Shown piece after piece: positions 41,660 to 62,703 of a stretch of 64,000 nucleotides of DNA; the stretch's first letter is position 1, and each line of letters opens with the position of its first letter. Origin of the DNA: Eledone cirrhosa (Eukaryota); contig OZ024740.1 in the NCBI GenBank assembly GCA_964016885.1, positions 398,970,001-399,034,000 of the forward strand. The letters are read 5' to 3'. The translations under genes were made by a program, and so were the position numbers. Below the pieces are notes generated by a model that was not told the origin of the DNA, ran no database searches, and saw nothing but the letters and a program-made list of their open reading frames with translations.

Positions 41660-42567
41660 ACATATATATATAAATATTAAATATATTTGTATATATATAC
41701 ATACATCAACACAATCCGAAGAGTTCGACATATTTGTTTGTCTTATGAAACTAATGACGATACAGTTTAGTAAAGTACTATGATCGAGACTAAATCCCTA
41801 GAGGGTGTTTTCCAGCATGAACACACACACACACACACACACACACTTGATCGAAGCACATGCATATAGCAAATAAAGAAAATATTTATGTCTTTTCCAT
41901 AGTAACGCCTTCTGCATTATGAGGTATTCAGAAATTGTATTTTTATTAATGAAATGGCTTCATAACTATCACGTGCAACACGTAAGCTAGTCGTCTGCCA
42001 CAATTTTCCTTATTGATTCTTAAAGCTATTGCTTAGTATGCTTCCCGACTCCCACCTTCTCTATAAACTATCAAATCGGTGCATCATTCTTTCCTCATCT
42101 CTCTCCCCACTCTCTCTCTCTCTCTCTCTCAATATATTTTACTAACACCTTCTTATTCCCCAACTCCCCTTTCACACTGTTGTTTCCCCTCCCCTCTTGT
42201 TTATTCTGGCAAGACTCCCGCCTTTCATCTCTGGTTTTTTTAAAAATATAAATATAAATATATTATCTTCTCATAACTCCTCCTCTTCTGTATCCCTGTC
42301 TCTCATTGCATCTCTATCTCTTCTCGTGTCTCTCTACCTCTCTTTATTTCTATTTCTCTTTACCTTATTCACCACCTCTGCCTACTTCTAAATGATTTTG
42401 TCCATCCCCTCCTCTCTCTGTCTTCCACACAATATATTATTCTCGTTTAGCCGTTGACTAGTTTGTCCTGTATATCTTCTGACAAATAGTCAGGCCTATA
42501 GACGAAGAATCTTAACTTAGTCGCTCCTGACCTTCATTCAAACATCACAAAAAAGACTACCTTCGCA

Positions 42568-42634
42568 ATGGCACAAGGAAGAATCATTTTGGTAGCTGTT
42601 GACGGTAGCAGTGATTCCGAGTATGCGTTTAAGT
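42568..42634 (+). CDS. Universal stress protein (UspA domain) gene, first coding exon
   Basis: gcaATGG; MAQGRIILVAVDGSSDSEYAFK matches the USP N-terminal ILVAVDGSxxSxxAxxW motif; phase-1 donor T|GTAAGT would split the conserved Trp codon; exon 2 not found in the window. Confidence 0.85.
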
Positions 42635-43311
42635 GTAAGTAAACTACTTTTAACGCATTCAACCTTCTTAATTAGTCTTATACATCCACATCTCTAAACA
42701 AGATAGTTTAAATGCCTTTACAACATTGTAAGTTATTCTATTTTCGGCGTTGGTAACGTAGAGCCGAAATAAACACCACCCGAGCCGAAACCTGTCGCTG
42801 TTCTGATGAAGCTTACACCTATTTCACTTTACTTAAAACGCCAAGCCAATGCTTTGGAAAGAGGTATGAATGACGTAAAACCCTAGTTACATTCTGTTAT
42901 AAATATTAGATTGTGTCAAGCTAAAATAAAGAAATCATTATTATTATTATAGCTCCCATGATTTACTGATGTACAATGATACCTACTCAGTTTCGATTTT
43001 CGATGAAATGATTTCATTTTGTTTTGAAGAAATGCTATAAATCCCATACAATCGCATTTAGGCCTGTAAATCATATTTATAGACAATAAATTATCGATTA
43101 GGTCGTACGTCCGTCCTCTTGGTGGTAATTTTTTGAGGCCCCTAATATCCGACTCCATTGTGATTTTATAAAACGTTTTTTTTTTATCACCTTTTCTTTC
43201 TTTTCACTTTGCTAGTCTTTGAAAACAGGCATGGATTTTCAAACCACATTCCCTCACCTTAAAATTTTGTTATCATAGTTTACAGAAAAACGAAAACAAA
43301 CAAAAAATGCT

Positions 43312-43434
43312 ATCAGTCTGAGTTCAAATCCCGCCGAGGTTAACTTTGCCTTTCATCCTTACGGGGTCCATAAAATAAAGTACCAGTAATGTACTGGGTA
43401 ATTGCCGGCCTTGTACCTAAAGTAGAAACAATTA
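43312..43434 (+). mobile_element. SINE (5'-truncated)
   Basis: B box GAGTTCAAATCC through gtagaaacaatta. Confidence 0.85.
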
Positions 43435-43761
43435 TTTATTGCTGACATTGCCGCTGGGAGACCTAGTCTGTGATCATGTTTTCATTCCCTGGTTAGATAT
43501 ACTTTTTAACAGCAAAGACAGTGAAGAGTAGTCGTCTTTAGTATATACATCAACAGCACACAGTCTTATGAAACTCTATTTAACAAATTGAAATCATAAT
43601 ACCTACCTATATACATACTCATGCACACACATTATCATGACTCATACACTATTCACTTCCCCGTTATTTGTATATTATTCTATGTACTATACATGCACCT
43701 TTGACGAGTTGTAGTGCACCTGAGCACTGTACACAATAATTTCATTATTGTTATTATTTAT

Positions 43762-44186
43762 TGTGGATTGGCAGTATCGGTAGAGGGTCGGACGCCATGC
43801 TTTCCAGCATAGTCACGTCCCTTAACGATCTGAGTTCAAATCCCGCCGAGGTTGACTTTGCCTTTCATCCTTACGGGGTCGATAAAATAAAGTACTGGGA
43901 AATTGCTGGCCTTGTGCCTAAAGTAGAAACAATTATTATTTATTACGTCCCTTTACGGACTGAGTTCAAATCCCGCCGAGGTTAACTTTGTCTTTCATCC
44001 TTTCGGGGTCCATAAAATAAAGTACCAGTAATGTACTGGGTAATTTGCTGGCCTTGTGCCAAAAGTAGAAACAATTATTATTATTATTATTATACATATA
44101 AAGAGTTGTATGCGTGTGTGTGCAATATATAAGAGCCCCAGCATGGCTGCAGTTCAATAAGTGAATCCAGTAAAAAAAATAAAAGA
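43762..44186 (+). mobile_element. Tandem SINE dimer with a LINE-like 3' tail
   Basis: Full copy 43762-43935; second copy 43945-44076; tail gccccagcatggctgcag...gtaaaa at 44134-44186. Confidence 0.85.
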
Positions 44187-44243
44187 CTATAGACTATATC
44201 ACACACGCACACGCGCGCGCGCGCACATATATATATATATATA

Positions 44244-44575
44244 TATGGAAAGTTATATTTAAATTGTTGGGTTACAACTAGTAAATATTTATAACTGATA
44301 TAAAAGCACTCGACAAATATTTGGAGTATATTTACAATATTAAATAAATGGAAACTATATTTATAAAACCATATTTATTTCATCATATATATTTCAACCT
44401 TTTCAAAAACAAGTCGATGTTGTTACGGTATGTCGAATCTATTTATCTATAAAACTGTTTATATTGTATTTTGTCTGAGGAAGGCATAGCATATTGTTAA
44501 TATGATATCCCTGAAATATATATGATGAAATAAATATGGTTTTATAAATATAGTTTCCATTTATTTAATATTGTA
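44244..44575. mobile_element. Asymmetric inverted pLTR pair, same family as 59557-60018
   Basis: Minus-strand tail 44244-44396 joined to plus-strand arm 44397-44575. Confidence 0.8.
44468..44531 (+). ncRNA. Hammerhead with a non-cleavable AUG triplet
   Basis: ATTTTGT-CTGAGGA-stem II-GAAA-TATATA-TG-ATGAAAT. Confidence 0.7.
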
Positions 44576-44589
44576 TATATATATATATA

Positions 44590-44736
44590 ATTTCTGAAGA
44601 CAGCATATATGTGTGTTTGGTATGTATATTTAATCTTGATAGTTTGTATAATTTTGTATAATTTTATACATAGATCTGTTGAATATGCATGCCAATTCTA
44701 ACACATATATATCCTAGAAACGATCGTTAAATAATG
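44590..44736 (+). ncRNA. Hammerhead of the 34815 family in a solo element (44590-44800)
   Basis: ATTT-CTGAAGA...GAAA-CGATCG-TT-AAAT; element begins at stem I. Confidence 0.65.
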
Positions 44737-44855
44737 AACTTTTTTTGTTTAATATAAGGAACTGTTTCATTGTTTTATTCATTATTTTTTTAATATTTTA
44801 TATATATATATATATATATATCTATATCTATAAGTAGGGTGGACTGGAAAGAAGA

Positions 44856-45191
44856 AGCAGATGGGTCAGTTGGGATGAGCCTATAATTTTGAGGGGTCGT
44901 TCCTTGCCTCAGATTTTAGTTATTGTAAATGTTCTGTTATTTATAAGTATATCATGTTCACTACAGGTACTTATGCAAAACCTATGCAAAGCTGGTAAAA
45001 TACTAAGGCCAGATGTAAAATGTAGGCTGTTACAAAATTTAAGTATATGCGAAATACATATGATTTATGTAAGAGCTATAAATATATAAACATGCAAGTG
45101 TACAATTAATAGAACAGAATAAAAGATCTAGAACTTGAGGTGAGCAGGCCCTCTCAAAATCATAGGCTCCTGTCAACCAGCCCATTTGCTA
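44856..45191. mobile_element. Aged MITE-like element with ~60-bp imperfect inverted termini
   Basis: agcagatgggtcagttgggatgagcctataattttgagggg vs ccctctcaaaatcataggctcctgtcaaccagcccatttgct. Confidence 0.5.
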
Positions 45192-45513
45192 GCCTCACTA
45201 ACTGTAGCAGGATGTGTGTATATCAGTGTAGTAGCAGATGGCATCAGTGTATGTTCCTGTAACCCATACATAAATAATATATATTCAGCACTGGATACAA
45301 ATATATTTAATGAGCTAATATTTCACATCTGGCTTGGGTCTGTTACTGGCTTTGCACCGGCCTGTATGTATGTGTGTGTGTGTGTGGTGTATATATAAAA
45401 AATATATATATATATGATATATTTTATATGTGTGTGTTATATATATATATATATATAAGCGTGAAACTAATAATGCTTTTGGCTTTTGTTTTTGGTTTTC
45501 TGATATTCCGAAC

Positions 45514-55190
<9,677 letters not shown>

Positions 55191-55264
55191 TACATTATGA
55201 AGAGAGAAGAAACATTTAGATATAATTAGTAATAAAATGTATCATACCTAAACTGTTCCTAAAT

Positions 55265-55343
55265 TCCTCGACTACGTAGTTTCGTGGCATAAACAAAAAC
55301 AATATATCAAAGATATAGAGTCCCTGCGAGCTTATCAAGAGGA
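55265..55343 (-). ncRNA. Hammerhead copy 1, disabled by a 9-nt deletion in stem II
   Basis: gtctgccga is missing relative to the other units. Confidence 0.65.
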
Positions 55344-55844
55344 TACCTCATTTTACTAGTCTCAAGAACGCGTCTACACGACGTGAGAAAGAATCCCAAA
55401 AGGCGGAGGGGGAGATAGTCACGCGATATAACGGTCGAGAAACAGCTAAGCCTCTTATAACCACGAAGAAAATACCACGGAGGCGGAGGGGGTATTCATA
55501 TCGAGGCCGCAGAAGAGGTAGTGAAGAAGGCGAGAAGTATGAGTAATGGAAGCTTTCCAGTTGTCCCCACACTTCAAAGGTTGCTCGACCAGAGGGAGTT
55601 ATTAATATATTTAGAAACACACAGATACATGCGGACACACACATATATACATGAATGCATCCGCACCCAACTGTGAGTTAAGGGTGCCAACTTCACCGAT
55701 GTTGCTCAATGAATGACTGGGACAGACCAATTCAGTTTGAACTAGACTGAACCAGTATCAGAGTTAAAAATACATTATGAAGAGAGAAGAAACATTTAGA
55801 TATAATTAGTAATAAAATGTATCATACCTAAACTGTTCCTAAAT

Positions 55845-55932
55845 TCCTCGACTACGTAGTTTCGTGGCATAAACAAAAACAATATATCAAAGATATAGAG
55901 TCCCTGCGAGGTCTGCCGACTTATCAAGAGGA
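55845..55932 (-). ncRNA. Hammerhead ribozyme (U3-A8 variant), copy 2
   Basis: Reverse complement of 57240-57327. Confidence 0.8.
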
Positions 55933-56435
55933 TACCTCATTTTACTAGTCTCAAGAACGCGTCTACACGACGTGAGAAAGAATCCCAAAAGGCGGAGGGG
56001 GAGATAGTCACGCGATATAACGGTCGAGAAACAGAGCTAAGCCTCTTATAACCACGAAGAAAATACCACGGAGGCGGAGGGGGTATTCATATCGAGGCCG
56101 CAGAAGAGGTAGTGAAGAAGGCGAGAAGTATGAGTAATGGAAGCTTTCCAGTTGTCCCCACACTTCAAAGGTTGCTCGACCAGAGGGAGTTATTAATATA
56201 TTTAGAAACACACAGATACATGCGGACACACACATATATACATGAATGCATCCGCACCCAACTGTGAGTTAAGGGTGCCAACTTCACCGATGTTGCTCAA
56301 TGAATGACTGGGACAGACCAATTCAGTTTGAACTAGACTGAACCAGTATCAGAGTTAAAAATACATTATGAAGAGAGAAGAAACATTTAGATATAATTAG
56401 TAATAAAATGTATCATACCTAAACTGTTCCTAAAT

Positions 56436-56523
56436 TCCTCGACTACGTAGTTTCGTGGCATAAACAAAAACAATATATCAAAGATATAGAGTCCCTGCGA
56501 GGTCTGCCGACTTATCAAGAGGA
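56436..56523 (-). ncRNA. Hammerhead ribozyme (U3-A8 variant), copy 3
   Basis: Reverse complement of 57240-57327. Confidence 0.8.
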
Positions 56524-57239
56524 TACCTCATTTTACTAGTCTCAAGAACGCGTCTACACGACGTGAGAAAGAATCCCAAAAGGCGGAGGGGGAGATAGTC
56601 ACGCGATATAACGGTCGAGAAACAGAGCTAAGCCTCTTATAACCACGAAGAAAATACCACGGAGGCGGAGGGGGTATTCATATCGAGGCCGCAGAAGAGG
56701 TAGTGAAGAAGGCGAGAAGTATGAGTAATGGAAGCTTTCCAGTTGTCCCCACACTTCAAAGGTTGCTCGACCAGAGGGAGTTATTAATATATTTAGAAAC
56801 ACACAGATACATGCGGACACACACATATATACATGTATACATGAATGCATCCGCACCCAACTGTGAGTTAAGGGTGCCAACTTCACCGATGTTGCTCAAT
56901 GAATGACTGGGACAGACCAATTCAGTTTGAACTAGACTGAACCAGTATCAGAGTTAAAAATACATTATGAAGAGAGAAGAAACATTTAGATATAATTAGT
57001 AATAAAATGTATCATACCTAAACTGTTCCTAAATTCCTCGATATGAATACCCCCTCGATATGAATACCCTGCGGCCTCGATATGAATACCCCCTCCGCCT
57101 CCGTGGTATTTTCTTCGTGGTTATAAGAGGCTTAGCTCTGTTTCTCGACCGTTATATCGCGTGACTATCTCCCCCTCCGCCTTTTGGGATTCTTTCTCAC
57201 GTCGTGTAGACGCGTTCTTGAGACTAGTAAAATGAGGTA

Positions 57240-57327
57240 TCCTCTTGATAAGTCGGCAGACCTCGCAGGGACTCTATATCTTTGATATATTGTTTTTGTT
57301 TATGCCACGAAACTACGTAGTCGAGGA
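57240..57327 (+). ncRNA. Type-I hammerhead, U3-A8 variant; predicted cleavage after GUC at 57322
   Basis: TCCTC-TTGATAA-GTcGGCA...TGCCAC-GAAA-CTACGTAG-TC-GAGGA; palindromic stem III ACTACGTAGT. Confidence 0.82.
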
Positions 57328-57565
57328 ATTTAGGAACAGTTTAGGTATGATACATTTTATTACTAATTATATCTAAATGTTTCTTCTCTCTTCATAATGT
57401 ATTTTTAACTCTGATACTGGTTCAGTCTAGTTCAAACTGAATTGGTCTGTCCCAGTCATTCATTGAGCAACATCGGTGAAGTTGGCACCCTTAACTCACA
57501 GTTGGGTGCGGATGCATTCATGTATATATGTGTGTGTCCGCATGTATCTGTGTGTTTCTAAATAT

Positions 57566-57775
57566 ATGTATATATATATGTATATGTATATATATATGTA
57601 TATATATATGTATATATATATGTATATATATGTATATATATATGTATATATATATGTGTATATATATGTGTATATGTATATATATATGTATATATATATG
57701 TATATATATATGTATATATATGTGTATATATGTATATATATGTGTATATATATATATATGTGTATATATGTATAT

Positions 57776-57815
<40 letters not shown>

Positions 57816-57920
57816 GTATATATATGTGTATATATATATATATGTATATATATATGTATATATATATATGTATATATATATGTATATATATATATGTATA
57901 TATATGTGTATATATATATG

Positions 57921-57969
<49 letters not shown>

Positions 57970-58148
57970 GTATATATATATATGTATATATATGTATATA
58001 TATATGTATATATATATGTATATATATATGTATATATATATATGTATATATATATGTATATATATATGTATATATATATGTATATATATATGTATATATA
58101 TATGTATATATATATATATACATATATATATATGTATATATATATATA
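57566..58148. repeat. Compound (TA)n/(TATG) microsatellite
   Basis: Direct inspection. Confidence 0.95.
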
Positions 58149-58188
58149 CTAGCTCTTTCAATTGCGCAGAGGGTTCTATAGAAATAGT

Positions 58189-58257
<69 letters not shown>

Positions 58258-58258
<1 letters not shown>

Positions 58259-59533
58259 ATACTCTTTTACTCTTTTACCTGTTTCAGCCATCCGGCTGAG
58301 GCCATGCTGGGGCACCGCCCTTGTTGCTACACATTTTATCTCCAGCCTGTATAGATTGGCCACTGGTGTAGGAGGGAGTTTGTTGCTGCTGCCCTTAGGT
58401 TTCCCTCGTGTCTTGCTGTGGGCTCATCCGGGATCCTGGATAACAAGGTGTCGAGATGTTTCTTAAAGACATCCACCTCCACGTCATGCAAGTCTCGCAG
58501 ATGCCTCGGCAGCCTGTTGAAGAGTTGAGGGCCCTTGAATCCCAGGCTATTGCAATACCTGCTCCTTATTCTAGATGTGGAAGACGGGACCTTTGGCACC
58601 ACACAGTGACGTCCTGTTCGACGGTTGGTCCAGCTCCCAATGCCAAAGTTTGGTGCTAGTCCCTCCAGGATTTTCCACATGTAGATCACTGCGTATCTCT
58701 CCCGTCTTCGCTCCAAGGAGTAGAGGTTCAGTTCCCTCAGCCTCTCCCAGTAGCTTGTCTCCCTCATCTTGGCAATCCTCTTGGTGTAGCTTCGCTGGAT
58801 TGCCTCAAGCTCCGTGGTTAGTTTGACACTATGGGGTGACCACAGCTGGGAGCAGTAGTCCAGGCGGCTTAGGACAAAAGTCCTCCACAGTGTCAACATG
58901 GTGTCTCGATCTCTTGTAAGGAAAGCCTCAAGATCCAGCCAGCGAATCGTCTACATGCTGTCGCCACCTTCATGATGTGTGAAGAAAAAGATGCATCATC
59001 GCTCATGTCTATGCCCAGGTCTCGTATCGATTTTGACACGGGGATATCGGTCCCTCCTGGTCCTGTGTAACTGTGTTCCGCTATATTTGTGTTTGTGTTT
59101 GCAGGTTTGCATTGTAGGGCTTGGAATTTGCCAGCATTAAACTGCATGTTGTTTTCTTCCGCCCATCTGTATATGGCATCCAGATCCTGCTGTAAGAGGG
59201 CAGCGTCAGCCGGGTTTTTGATTGCCTGTGCTACCTTAGTGTCATCAGCATAGCTAGTGAGGGATGTTGTTGCATGCACCACAGAGGGCATGTCCGAGAG
59301 AGCCACCAAAAACAGTAGTGGTCCCAGGACTGTCCCCTGGGGCACCCCACTTGTTATCGGTGTTTCCCTCGAGAGGGCCCCATTTGCTGCGACTGCCTGG
59401 CTTCTGTCCCTTAGGAAGCCATGCAGCCACTCACCTACTTTTCCAGCTATGCCGAGTCCGTGTAGTTTGTGACATATCATTCCGTGGTCGACCTTGTCAA
59501 AGGCCTTCGCAAAGTCAAGATATATCACGTCTA
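58258..59533 (-). mobile_element. 5'-truncated CR1-group LINE, second family
   Basis: YLDFAKAFDKVDHG, PQGTVLGP, YADD, DYCSQLWSP, LERRRERY; 3' end GGCGGTGCCCCAGCATGGCC...GAAACAGGTAAAAGAGTAAAAGAGTA. Confidence 0.9.
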
Positions 59534-59600
59534 CATGTGATATATATGTGTATATATACGATATTAAATAAATGGAAACTATATTTATAAAACCATATTT

Positions 59601-59664
59601 ATTTCATTATATATATTTCAGGGATATCATATTAACAATATGCTATGCCTTCCTCAGACAAAAT
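59601..59664 (-). ncRNA. Hammerhead ribozyme, mirror copy
   Basis: Reverse complement of 59823-59886. Confidence 0.8.
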
Positions 59665-59822
59665 ACAATATAGACAGTTTTATAGATAAATAGATTTGAC
59701 ATACCGTACAACATCGACTTGTATTTGAAAAGTTGAATTGGCAGTCCAATTCAACTTTTCAAATACAAGTCGATGTTGTACGGTATGTCAAATCTATTTA
59801 TCTATAAAACTGTCTATATTGT

Positions 59823-59886
59823 ATTTTGTCTGAGGAAGGCATAGCATATTGTTAATATGATATCCCTGAAATATATATAATGAAAT
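59823..59886 (+). ncRNA. Type-I hammerhead; predicted cleavage after AUA at 59879
   Basis: ATTTTGT-CTGAGGA-AGGcATAgCATATT-gtt-AATATGaTATcCCT-GAAA-TATATA-TA-ATGAAAT, then AATAAA. Confidence 0.85.
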
Positions 59887-60017
59887 AAATATGGTTTTAT
59901 AAATATAGTTTCCATTTATTTAATATCGTAAATATACTCCAAATACTTGTCGAGTGCTTTTATATCAGTTATAAATATTTACTAGTTGTAACCCAACAAT
60001 TTAAATATAACTTTCCA

Positions 60018-60616
<599 letters not shown>

Positions 60617-60849
60617 ATGTAATAAACAACATAAGGCAATTATTCCATTTACCAGTGGTTTCTTAAAAGCAAAAGGTTTTGCTTTCAATCCTCAGAACGG
60701 GAAAAAGCTGGTTTGTTTATTGAATTTGGATTACAAACCAAAAAATGCAATCTATATGAAAGTGAGGCTGGAGAAGGGAGAAGGAAAGGAAAAATAAAAT
60801 AAAATAAAACGACGCATGCAAACACACACACAAAAAAACCCAAAAGCAT

Positions 60850-60861
60850 ACTTACACACAC

Positions 60862-60907
<46 letters not shown>

Positions 60908-61316
60908 ACGCATACACACATATATATAAAAAACGTACACTTACCTACACAAGCACATATATACACACATATACACACACATACATTAATACATATACAC
61001 ACACGCACACACACACACACACGCACACACACACACACGCACATATCCACACATATATATATATATGTGTACATATATATATATACATATATATACATAC
61101 ATATATATACACACATACACACACACACATACACACACACACACACATACACACACATACACATGTGTGTGTACAAGCATACACATACACAAACATAGCC
61201 ATACACACACACATATATATACACACATACATACATTCACACACATACAAAACGTACATACATACACATACATGAATGCACTCCTCTACATATTCGCACA
61301 CGCAAATAAAAATAAG

Positions 61317-61365
<49 letters not shown>
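60850..61365. repeat. Mixed (CA)n/(TA)n/(CATA)n low-complexity tract
   Basis: Direct inspection. Confidence 0.9.
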
Positions 61366-61369
<4 letters not shown>

Positions 61370-61494
61370 ATATTTGGGGAGGGTCATATTTGCGTAATAT
61401 TGCCAGAATTAATAACAGAACACACTCACTGTTTGGTTGGTTTTCGCTTCTCGCTGTCTTTTATATATATATATATCTGCGATCTAACTTACTC

Positions 61495-61694
61495 NNNNNN
61501 NNNNNNNNNNNNNNNNNNNNNNNNNNNNNNNNNNNNNNNNNNNNNNNNNNNNNNNNNNNNNNNNNNNNNNNNNNNNNNNNNNNNNNNNNNNNNNNNNNNN
61601 NNNNNNNNNNNNNNNNNNNNNNNNNNNNNNNNNNNNNNNNNNNNNNNNNNNNNNNNNNNNNNNNNNNNNNNNNNNNNNNNNNNNNNNNNNNNNN
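61495..61694. other. Assembly gap (200 N)
   Basis: Run of N. Confidence 1.
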
Positions 61695-62449
61695 CGGGAT
61701 GGAAGAAGTTTAGGGAACTACTACCACTGCTAGCTGCAAAAGGCTTCTCCCTCAGAATGAAAGGCAGACTGTATGATGCGTGTATCCGAACAGCGATGTT
61801 GCATGGTAGTGAAACCTGGGCGCTGAAGGTGGAAGACTTACGTAGATTAGAGAGAAACAAAGCCTGCATGCTCCGATGGATGTGTAACAGTAATGTACGT
61901 GAACGACAAAGCATAAATGAATTGAGAGAGAGACTGAGCATAAGAGGAATCAAATGCTGTGTGCAGGAGAGGCGGTTGCGCTGGTATGGACATGTGATGC
62001 GTATGAAGGATGACAGCTGCATAAAAAGGTGCAGAGCACTAGAAGTCGATGGAAACCGCGGAGTGGTGACCTGGGATGAAGTGATAAAAGCCGACCTTAC
62101 CCAATTACACCTCTCAAAGACAATGACACACGGCCGTGACTTCTAGCGTCACGCAGTAAAATCAGAGTACCCGACCTCCCATGGGTACAAGCTGAAGCAT
62201 ATAAACAATATGCCCCCCCAGCCCACACTGTAAAGTGGACGTGTAGGCGCCACGAAAAAGCACCCAGCACTCACTGTAAATGAGGTTGGTGTTAGGAAGG
62301 GCATCCAGCTGTAGAAATCAAGCCAGATCAGTTCCTTTATGAGCAAGGCTTGGTCAGCCGACCAGACACTGCCCACAACAAGACAACCCGTCTAACCCAT
62401 GCTAGCGTGGAAGAACGGACGTAAAACGGTGATGATGATGATGATGATG
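61695..62449 (+). mobile_element. RTE-clade LINE 3' end (different family) with a (GAT)n tail
   Basis: GWKKFREL...MLHGSETW...LRWYGHVMRM; 3' UTR motif GTTAGGAAGGGCATCCAGCTGTAGAAA; tail gatgatgat. Confidence 0.85.
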
Positions 62450-62470
62450 ATATATATGTATATATGTATA

Positions 62471-62519
<49 letters not shown>

Positions 62520-62521
62520 AT

Positions 62522-62584
<63 letters not shown>

Positions 62585-62703
62585 TGTATGTATGTATGTA
62601 TGTATGTGTATGTATGTATGTATATATATGTATGTATATATGTATGTATGTATATATGTATGTATATATATGTGTATATATGTATGTATATGTATGTATG
62701 TAT

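Larger units (their letters stand above)
55191..57566 (-). mobile_element. Retrozyme-like non-coding element: three tandem ~590-bp units + a 79-bp partial unit + an inverted ~500-bp copy, in (TA)n
   Basis: Units start at 55191, 55771, 56362 and 56961; partial unit stops at about 57039-57041; inverted copy at about 57069-57566; one hammerhead per unit. Confidence 0.85.

Noticed and set aside
41712-41762. CCGAAGA...GAAAC motif next to a TA tract
   Set aside because: No palindromic stem III, no NUH and no stem I; too degenerate to call.
42782-42814. GAAAC...GTC...CTGATGAAG, a type-II hammerhead-like order
   Set aside because: Only 6 nt are available for stem I and the stem II closing pair is mismatched; probably chance.
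44955-45010. Possible USP exon 2 after ctacag
   Set aside because: A phase-1 join gives Cys rather than Trp and hits a stop after nine codons; it lies inside a MITE-like element.
55348-56886. Repeated 75-98 aa ORFs in the 590-bp units
   Set aside because: Frame differs between copies because of indels, and there is no recognisable domain; treated as incidental.
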